From assembly GCA_010015805.1 (NCBI GenBank), contig ML978123.1, positions 3,100,001-3,164,000 on the forward strand: 64,000 nt of DNA. The letters run 5' to 3'. A program made the position numbers and the translations under genes. How positions within the stretch are numbered: position 1 is the stretch's first letter; each line of letters starts with the position of its first letter. The notes beneath the pieces were generated by a model. The model saw only the letters and a program-made list of their open reading frames with translations. It did not search any database and had not been told where the DNA came from. This document shows positions 25,636 to 35,418 of this stretch, piece by piece. The stretch is from Rhizodiscina lignyota. Lineage: Eukaryota.

Positions 25636-26222
25636 TGCTCAGATGATGCGAAAGGCATACCTTCTCCTACTGGTGTCGTAGGTCTCGTATGGAAATGTAA
25701 ATGTACTTTTCTCGTCATGATGACCCATGAACAATCCTTCCAATCTGTTGACATAAGGCGCCACGCTGTATATCCCAATGGGCCAATGCGTCTGAAGTCG
25801 CCAAATCGATCCGGAACAGCGACCTCCTGCTCGGTATACAGAGAATGGACTCGTCTTGAGCGATGGAACAGAGCTGAAGGCGGATTTCATTGTATATGCG
25901 ACCGGGTTTGTTGGTGACTCGCGCACTGTTCCCCGCTCCATTGTCAGTCCCAAAATCGGAGATCAGCTGTATGACATTGGGGGAGAGTGGATCCTGAACG
26001 TGAACCTCGCACTCTCTTAGATATACGGGACGTAAGTTATTGTCTCCCGGCGAATAATAATTGTCGCTCGAATTTCTTACTCTGAAATGAGCTAACCTGA
26101 GTCTTTGAATAGATCCTGGAATATGTTTCACGGTAGGGGGCATTGCTACGTCCAGATTCGGGGGCAGGTTCATTACGTTACAAATCAAGCCCATGCCGAT
26201 GGGTATGCCGCTGGTAGTATGA
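25636..26222 (+). pseudogene. Degenerate C-terminal fragment of a flavin-containing monooxygenase
   Basis: RYTENGLVLSDGTELKADFIVYATGF motif, frameshifted GVDPE segment, retained intron 26032-26112, then PGI..GG...SRF/RFITLQIK. No N-terminal FAD-binding part found. Confidence 0.7.
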
Positions 26223-26449
26223 CAAACCTGGCATGGAGCTTTCTGTTAAGCACACAAATCCAAGCCACAACTATAGATTTATGGTTGGTACTTGGCTTGC
26301 CCCTCATGGTCTGATTGAGGTTCAGGAGAGGCGTCAAAGACTCAGTTCAAGCAGCAAACCTGGTCTTATTTCATGTGGTATCTACTAGCGATACAATTGT
26401 TGATTTGCTGAGATACAATTGACATATAACCCACCACACGTCCCGCGCA

Positions 26450-29400
26450 TTAGTTCGCAACGCCAAAAGCTTCTGGGAAGTGATATCGTACTGGCTGCAG
26501 GATTTCCTGGAGCTGCTTCTGATCATACTTAACATTCTGATCGATCTTATGAAGCGGGTCGCGCCAAAAGACCGCGGTTGGTTTCAAAGTTTCTACATTC
26601 CAGAAATAGACGCCATCGTGCACTCCATCGTCGTCACTGGTGCGCCGAACCTCCCAACCGTCCGGAATCGGTTGCGATAAGATGTATGACGGCAGAGGCA
26701 ACTCCAAAATCTTCCGTTTCGCTTCCTCCTCGTCTGTCTCGTACGATTCTGGCAATGTAAATGGGGCTGGGTGGCGCTTCCCAAATGCAGGCTCTACAAC
26801 CAGGGTTGCTTCGATGCCAGAGCTATTTATGGGCTTGACAAGACTTACTACAGAAATGAGATTAGAGAGTTCATCCATGTATAGAGTTGCACCACTTACC
26901 TCTAGCCCCTCGTGCAAAGTCCACACTCTCTTTGACTTTGAATTCTATCCATCCGAGAGCTTCGTTGACGTTGGTTGTGCGATAGAACCTGATCTTGATC
27001 GTGCTCGACAGCTTTACGTTCCTTTTAACGTTAGAATGTAGTAGATGATGACATAAGACGAGCATACATTGTATAGTCACGCCAAAATGGGTCAGTGCTC
27101 TTTTTAACGTCAGATGAATCGTGTTTCTGCTTGTCACACCATGTAGTAAAAAAGACACTCGGTCGACCTGCATTCAGTTAGTCTCATCTGATTCATCTTG
27201 CCATGAGACTATTATCCCATACGGAAACCTAGTATTTTGGGAACCTCGCTGAGATACAATGAGCTTATAATGATTTGCCTCCCCGAGAGACTATCCGCGA
27301 TTGCCTCCTGCTTCTTCCTCAGGGTTTCAGTAAGTTGATCGCACATCGCCCTGCACTCAATGAGGTTAGATTGATGCTCATGATACCATCCCTGAATTTC
27401 TTCGAAGGAGTTGGCCATCCCTTGGCTCAGAGCGGTCGCAGTCTGAGCGGCCAGCGCTCTAGCCCGATCTAAAAGCCGAAATTCGCGCCATTTACCGAGA
27501 ATCAAAGCACCGGTAGCAAAGAATAGGATGTCCCAGACTAGCCCAAGGATATCATCCAAGATGGTCCACAGGCCTGCGACCAAGTTCGTTGCTTGCCGAA
27601 GCGGACAGTTACAAAGCTCTGGACAATGAGAGAGCGGAAGAACAGATGCGTCATCTATGAGCTTGTCAAGCCAATGATAGGAATTGAGACCGTCTGGCGA
27701 TTCGAACCTGTGGAAATTTGCTGCTAGGTCAATTGTAGTCTTTAGCACCTCAATCACTTCCTCTTGATCATCATTCGCCCAGCCCTTAAAAGATGCTCGC
27801 AGTTTCTCAAAGGCACCATCTACGGCAGTTACGACGTATTTGGTCGCGAGATACACTGCATATGTTGTATTCTGTGCCAAGGGAAACTCACTGAAACCGA
27901 TGTCGCTTCCCAGTTTATGGCTGAAGACAGTATACGGTGTGGCAGTGTATTTTGGAACAGTCCTTCGAAATAAAGAAGCATGTTTGTCATCCCTCTGGAA
28001 TTCTTTCTGGTATCGAGTTGAGATGGTCCAAAGTGGTGAAACAGCTTTTTCATTCTGGGATCCTTGCCAGTGGCTTAGTTTCCCTGCGGCAAGCTTGACG
28101 CCGTTTGCATTGGATTGTCTTTCAATGGCTGAACGTACTCTTTCGCGAACAGATAGAACAATATTGGTGAATTCCCGTTCATCGATATGGTGGTCTGGTT
28201 TTCCGTGCTTTTCATCTTCAGCTTTGACAGCATTAGCCAGCTCCGAACGATCAAAGTTCCATTTCATCTTGGCAGCGGCCTTATAACATTGCTCCTCCAC
28301 AACGGTGCGAGCAAGCCAACCACTTTTTCTCCAGTCCAGGTGATGGAATGCTCGTTTGAGGGGCAGCTCGAAAGCTTCCTTGCCGGCGGATGGAGAGTAC
28401 TTTGAGCGAAGGACTTTTGCAATCATGCAGGGAGCATAGTCAGACGCCATTTCCCCATCATCCGGAGTCCAAGTACTCGATTGACTGCGGTGTGTGCTAG
28501 TGCTTGTGGAGCGCACTGGTTTGGTCATCAGTGCAGGACCAGAGCTCCCTAAATTAAGGTTGAGTACGAATCCTAACAAGAATACAATCGAGAACTTACC
28601 CTCAGGCTTGTTTGATGGAAGATCTTGCTCCATGTTAGGCCCAGCGACAGTAACTGACTGAGCCTCGACGACAGTCTCCTCTTCATCATCCTCACCGACG
28701 GGTAGGATAACGGTCTCAAGCCATTCCTTGATCAGATTGCGGTGTTTCAGGATGACATTCTTGTCAATTCCTTCCGCTTGAAGATCTCTTTCAGCAGCCT
28801 CGGTCGTTTGTTTGGCTTGCTCCTCGGGATGTTCCATCCTCGGCACTTGAGAGTAGGCTGGAACGTTTTCTTTCCCTTCCTGTAAATCTCTATAAGTTCT
28901 GACGAACACTTGAATAATATCTGCTTGCTGCTTCAGGTACTCCAGAGCCTCCCTTTGGCTAGCTGATGATTCATGCGAGGCTTCGCGCAAAGCGTCCGTG
29001 CTAAACTTTGGTCATTTCAAAGACAACATTTTCCCGATCAGAGCGCTCACGTTAGCATTGTGTGCAAAATCGCCAAATTCCCTGTATGTCGCTGCAGCTT
29101 TTCTCGTGCCGATCCAATATCGCCAAGCATATCTGCCAGGATGTATTTGGAGCGGCTTGTCGCGCGTTTGATCCAAGAGGCACTCGTGTTAAGGTCTCCG
29201 TATTTGCTCCGTATTGCTTCCACACCGTGTAAGGACTCTGCACAAGCTTCAGCAAGCTCTTTAAGCTCATCTTGCTGTGGAACAAGGAGGTCGCAGTCTC
29301 GGTTTTTCTCAGACTCCCAAAATCGATGAATATTCCGGAGGACCAGATGGCGTTTCCAACGTCTCGGCCAAGGTCTCTTAGTTCAGAGCCAGAGTTCTTG

Positions 29401-29573
29401 CATTTTTCGTACACCTGCTGATTGTAAGTTTCATCATCTCGAGACAGGCCGTGGCGAAGCGGCAGAGCGCGGATAAAGTACGCCAGCACATAGTGGGGAT
29501 GGAATGCTCGACCTACTGAGAATGCGAACTGAACGACAGTGAAGAAATCACCGACGCTGTACCCGAAACTCAT
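26450..29573 (-). pseudogene. Multi-exon gene with HeLo-like N-terminal domain, EF-hand-like pair, C2-like domain and WW domain; 1-nt frameshift near 29350
   Basis: MSFGYSVGDF start; intron 29516-29415; frame break at GGA AAC GC CAT CTG GTC. Intron 29050-29001 splices correctly only from the shifted frame. Later motifs: AFHHLDWRKSGWL, DHHIDEREF, KKSTDPFW and IPDGWEVR...YFWN...WRDP. Confidence 0.7.
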
Positions 29574-30244
29574 CGTTGAAAAGTTTCAGGGAGTTGTGTC
29601 AACGGGACATGTGAAACAGCGAAAGGAGATTCAACCTTAGCGTTAGGAGAGGAGAGCTGAAAGCAGTCGAGATACCAACGGTTAGAATATCAGCCGTTCT
29701 TCTAGAAGTAAAGCAGGATCGATTTGATCGATGAGAACATGAAAGCAGCGAAAGGAATTTAGCAATGACTTATATCGAGAAATTAGGACAGCCTTGCGAA
29801 ATACTCAGCCGCAGAGCCCCGCATGCTGAGTTCTCAGCCTCGATGCTGGGAGACCGCGAGGCTGCATGAAGATTCGCGAAAGTGGACGAATGATAAACCT
29901 GCAAGGTGCTGGACCACTAAGCCCGAGTGTGTGGCCACGATATCTACCTCTACAAGTAGGTAAACATGAAACAACAGTTATGAGCAGTGACACTGTCAAT
30001 TCAGTGGCTAATGATTCCTACATGTAGAGTTTCATTGGTGCGGAGTGACATTCATGTTGGGGAAAGTTGTACAGATAAATCCGAGATTTTGCCGTACTCG
30101 GGCCAGGGCCCGGGGGAGAAATGCCAAGACATTTGCCGAGCTAGCAAACATGCGCCTCACACTCCACCACGAAAATTGCCGAAACGACATCTTCACGACA
30201 ACGACACCCCACATATCCATCTGCGAACAGAGAAATCAGTCAAG

Positions 30245-30969
30245 ATGGTAAGAACTAGTCCCATTTTTAATCCTACAATTGGTCGTGATGCGATGGCGAT
30301 GGAAAATCTGCTACACCGAGACACGAAGGCGAACCGACAGCAACAGCGAGTCACAACTTGATAGAATCACCGCGCAATCAATCCGACCCTTTTAGAGCCC
30401 GATGATACGACAAGGGCGGTTGGAAGCTACCGCGAACTTAACATCCTCTTCAACGCCGCAAAATCAATCAAAGAAACAACCCCCATACCCATGGCCAAGG
30501 GACGACGACGAAAGATCCTTGGGCACCATGCTTCTGTGCTTTTGAGTTTTGTGGAATATATGAGGACCTGTAACTGATGAGATACAATCCAGGTCAACGT
30601 TCCAAAGACCCGACGAACCTACTGCAAGGGCAAAGACTGCAAGAAGCACACCCAGCACAAGGTCACACAGTACAAGGCTGGCAAGGTCCGCGATCCCCGT
30701 CCTGCCCTCTATACTTCCCGCCTCTAATGTGATCGAAACCTTAGGCCTCCCTCTTCGCACAAGGAAAGCGCCGATACGACCGCAAACAGTCTGGTTACGG
30801 TGGTCAGACGAAGCCCGTGTTCCACAAGAAGGCCAAGACCACGAAGAAGGTTGTCCTACGGCTAGAATGCACGGCGTGCAAGACCAAGGCCCAGCTGGCG
30901 CTCAAGCGATGCAAGCACTTTGAGTTAGGCGGCGACAAGAAGACTAAGGGTGCGGCGCTGGTTTTCTAG
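30245..30969 (+). CDS. RPL42: 60S ribosomal protein eL42 (L42/L44/L36a)
   Basis: ATG, intron 30248-30592, [16 protein letters not shown]..., intron 30686-30744, then ...[12 protein letters not shown]...KGAALVF*. Residue 56 is Pro. Confidence 0.97.
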
Positions 30970-31223
30970 ACGTGTTGCATGGGCTTCTGGTTCTTGTTTC
31001 CTTCTTTGCATAAGGATACGATGGGGAGCTTTCCTGCTCAGTGAATGGAGATGGCAAAATTGAATGGTTTCGACGTGCAATACTTCAGAGAGTGCAGAAC
31101 ACTAGAGCATGCTGCAGGAGCTATACAATAGGGATCGTCAAATGCTGAATCGATTCTGCCATCTACATGGTCTTGAGGTATTGTGCTTTTGATGAGTAAA
31201 CAATTGCGGAGCCTATCGGCCCT

Positions 31224-33218
31224 TCAACTCTGCTGCATTTCCTCGTCCTCTTCCATCCTGCACAACCAAGTAGACAAACCCCAAAGTGCGCTTATCGCCT
31301 CCGCTCTGTCTTCGGACAGGAAAAGATCGAACCAGCGAGATCGTGAAATATGTAGCATGTTCTCTTCCGATTCTGTCAGTTCTGAATCTGGCCATTCTCC
31401 AGCTGTGATGGCATCCAAATATTGCTGGTGGACCCGAAGCTTTGATATGCTGATATGGTGATTGAGTGCAGAGACCAGGAAAACCTACCAGCATGTCAGC
31501 TTGCGAACAGAACTCTACTCGGCAACAAAGCTATACCTCATCGTACTCAGAACCTTTCATTCTTCCAATCGGCTCGTACACTACCTTTGGGTCCCAGTAC
31601 CCGACTCCAGGCTTAAGCACCTTCCACGCCTCTACCGCCCTCTTGACCGTCGGCTTTCCATCGGGATGTTTTGGCCTCCCGACAACATCATTAAGACCAC
31701 CGACACCACCCGACTCAGCCCCCTTTCCCACACCCAATACCTCAACTTTATCTACCACCGCATCGCCAATCTCCCCGCCCAATCCCCCACCCCATCTCGC
31801 CCTCTCCGTCCACCACTGGCCCTCCCCAGGCTTCTTTTCCACCCTCCCACACCTCGCCCGCTCCTGCGCTAAGAGCAACATCGCAGCAACCTCACTCACC
31901 CCATCGACCACACTCTCAAGACTGTCCGTCTCAAACCGCGTCTCGCTCCGACAGCTTACGCCGAAGATCGGGCCCTCCAGCCAGCGCTGCTGGGCGCGCT
32001 CGCGTTCAGGTGGGATCCGCCACACGCTGTAGGCGAGCTTAACGGGGGTGAGCAGATTACCGGTGAGTAAAAGAGGGGGGCGACGCGGTGGTTGGATGGA
32101 AAGGCCGAAGGGCCAGATGCAGGATTCGATCAGGCAGCGGACCGTGTCGAGGCGGTGCGTGTCGGGCATTTCGGAACCGGTCGACATACGGTGGCCGCGG
32201 TAGGTGCCTGGGGGGTAGACTGGGCTGGGTTTGGCTGATGGATGGTGTCTGCTTGATGGGACGCGCGGAGGAGCAGTCGAATGGAGACCATCTGTTTTCG
32301 CGCGTTTTCGTGGTTCATCTGTGGAGGGGCTTTGGGCCTTGACATCCAGTCCTCCGGCATTTGAAGAATTCTCCTCGGCAGCTTGCTCATCAGATGGGTC
32401 CTTGTCTTTCGGTAGAATATATTCGTCTTGTGAAGTGTCCCAGTAAGATGCCATCCCGTCCAAACCTTCCCAGAAACGCCTCAACTGAGCCAGTCGTGGG
32501 GTATTAGCGTCTGGCCGGGTTCGGCCAGCGAGCATGTCATACCCTGTCTCGTTCGGTACGAGTGCTTCTCGAAGGCGAATGGAGAAGTCTCTGAAGCCGG
32601 GAGCCTCGCGTCCATTGTGCAGCTGCTTTGCATCGGCCGGTGGATAGTTGTCCAGCTCAGTTTCAGTGTGCCGCTCCCGATTAGTCCATGAAACAGGCGG
32701 GAGATATTCGCAGGGGATGATATCATTTATCGCAACATCCGAAGTGGTTTTCAGATTCAAAGATTGCAATAGATCAACTTTGAGATCGGACGGTCTTCGG
32801 ACTTCAGAAATTCTCTTTTGTAGATTTGAAATAGATGAGCCATTTGCGGTCTTTGATGATTCATCAAGAGTGAGTGCGCTCAGACTGGGGAAGCGGATTG
32901 ATGTCGGCAGCGGAGGCGGCTGTCTCTCCTGGGTTGGATCTCTCCTCCCAGCAAAGATATTTGCTTCAGTCTATCAGCCAGTGTCTTCTTTATAAATGGC
33001 AATCTTCTCGTTTGAAAAACATGGCAGCAGGTCTTAGTAATAGAGATAAAATCTTGAAGATCGGCTTGAAGGCCGGTACGGAAACCTGACATGAAAACAA
33101 CGAGGGAGAAAATCGGATATGGGTTCATTCTCTTTCGTGCATATAGATTAGACATAAGAACCGCATAATCAGTCGCATTATCCAGCAAGGCTACGCCCAT
33201 CGTCGTTTCTGGGTCCAA
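31224..33218 (-). CDS. Fungal hypothetical protein, multi-exon (5' end uncertain)
   Basis: 412-aa core ORF 31531-32769 spliced to last exon VFLVSALNHHISI...SRWFDLF...QQS*. The reading frame stays open upstream to ~32970. Confidence 0.7.
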
Positions 33219-33736
33219 GAGACGGTGATGTCACATGGAAATTTGGGCATGGGAGGATGAAATGTGGGCAAAGAAGCGAACGAACTCACAGCCGCCACCC
33301 AGGATGCCGAACATCTTGTATTCTCCTTAACCGCACCCAAATACTCCGCACTCTTCGATCATCGCCAGTTAGTTGTCGACGTGTGCTTTCATCTGGGTTT
33401 GCAGATAACGTTAGAGATGTGGTTGGAATGTCGGTCTTTCACGCTTGTCATGCACCCCTTACCCTCCGACCCAATGCGCTGGGCTCTGCAGTGGTTCATG
33501 CGCAGAGCCGCTGTTTCGAGAGGGAAATTGGAAATTAACCAAGATGACAACGCGCCAAAAAGGTATCACGATTGCTAGCATAAATGTAGCTACCAATTTA
33601 TGTACAAAAGGACGTGATGAAGTTGCCGCTCAGAACTCCTCGCATTGCGAAGCGAGTGTCGCCAGAAGCCTGCTAACGAACGACAACTTGTGAGTACAAG
33701 CCACAACTGTCCATTCTGAATCAACTATCCGTACCC

Positions 33737-34381
33737 TTATGCTGTCGCGGCCTGTGTCACAGTCTCTATTTCCACCTTTGGTAGCGGTGCATTGGTACCA
33801 CCCAAATCTGTCTGCTTGGCCTTAGGGTTCTTCGTGTAGTAATTTGAAATGGCGGACTTGATCGCGTCCTCCGCAAGCATAGAACAATGCACTGTTGAAA
33901 CGGCATGTCAGCACCTTATTCTCCAACCATCGAGTGCCATCAACTTACGCTTGACGGGTGGCAAGCACAGCTCCTTTGCAATCTCTGTATTCCTTATCTT
34001 CGCCGCATCCTCCAACGTCATGCCTCTCACGAGCTCAGTCAGATAACTTGAACTCGCAATCGCCGAGCCGCAGCCAAAGGTCTTGAACTTGACGTCGCTG
34101 ATGGTATTGTCGTTGGGATCAACGCGGATCTGGAGCTTCATCACATCGCCGCACGCTGGCGCGCCGACGAGACCCGTACCGACGTCCGTATCGTTCTTCG
34201 GCATCGATCCGACATTTCGCGGGCGATTATAGTGGTCTAATACTTTCTCATGATAGCTCCTTCGAGAATTGGCCTGCGATACAGCTGGTGCGGTTGCTCG
34301 TACTGAAGATGATGTTATGACAGGGCGAGTGGCGGCAGAGGAGAGCAACCGCGGTGCGGCTGTGATAGCGCGACGGAACAT
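33737..34381 (-). CDS. ISU1: Mitochondrial Fe-S cluster scaffold IscU/Isu1
   Basis: Presequence, YHEKVLDHY, GAPACGDVMKLQI, FKTFGCGSAIASSS, and LPPVK|LHCSM across intron 33948-33892. Confidence 0.97.
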
Positions 34382-35418
34382 CGAGATGAATTCGTTCGAT
34401 GGATATGCCGTGGGATTCGTCGATTGTGCACTTGAAAGAGTCTCTGAGAAGGTAGATTCGTAGGTTGTGGATGTGTAAGGAGCGTTTTGTCACGAAATAG
34501 TTCTAGAAACGGATTGAGGTCATGACACGTGACATCTCTTGGCGCGGGGAGATTCCGAGCAGTCGGCGATTTCGGCGTTAACAACGAAAAATCTGATAAT
34601 TCGCTGCTCTCGGGTTTCATCGCCCTTTATCTTCACCATCGGAAGCTTGCTCCATCATCGTCGCTGGACATCTCCAAAGTCCCACTTTTAGGCTGCCATT
34701 GTTTGCGTTTGTCCTTGGATTGTGTTCGAAAGCGACATTGTGATTACACCGGACTGCCGGACGCAGTCATGGTGCTTGCTGGAGTATTTACACTGCTGGA
34801 CACGAGCTTCTGACGCCTTCATAGCCTACTCACTTCTCCTTGGATGCAGCGTGATTGTCAGACCATCAAGGTCGGAAATACGGTACATCAATCGCCGAGC
34901 CTCTCGTAAAGGGCAGAAAGGATCGCCCAAGAGCCCAGGGCCTTCCCCAGATACTCCGCAGTCCCTGCATACTTTATTGCATGTTGATATTCTCCAACTT
35001 GAGGCTAACAAGCAAAGTTGCCCAAAGAGACTCGCAATGGTAGTTCAAGCCTTCATCCCCGGCATGGCATTCTTCATGCCACTCATCGACATACCTCTGA
35101 AACCGAATGCCTTTCCAATTACTCCGCAGTTATGAAAAGCTTGAATCAAGACTGTATCTATCATTCTTGTTTAAATTTCTCCGTCTGTGCGAGGCAATTG
35201 ATCTGACTGTTAGAAAGCATATGATCCGAAGAGACCGAGCGGAGTCTCACATCTCTTCTCCCCTTTCTCTTCAGAAGTGATATATTCTTTTCATCAATCT
35301 GATAGATTCAGTTCCTCTCAATGGCAGATATTTAGAGGGCTGATCCCTCATACTCGTTTATTTGATTGCATCATCTGCTGATTGTGCTGGTCGCCTCTCT
35401 AGTTGAATCAGTAGCTGT

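Noticed and set aside
30248..30592. Box C/D snoRNA in the RPL42 intron
   Set aside because: ATGATA/GTGATG and CTGA words are present, but there is no convincing C/D pair with terminal stem or rRNA guide; the CTGA coincides with the branch point.
30790..30830. Cycloheximide-resistance allele of eL42
   Set aside because: Residue 56 is Pro (GQTKPVF), the sensitive type, not Gln.
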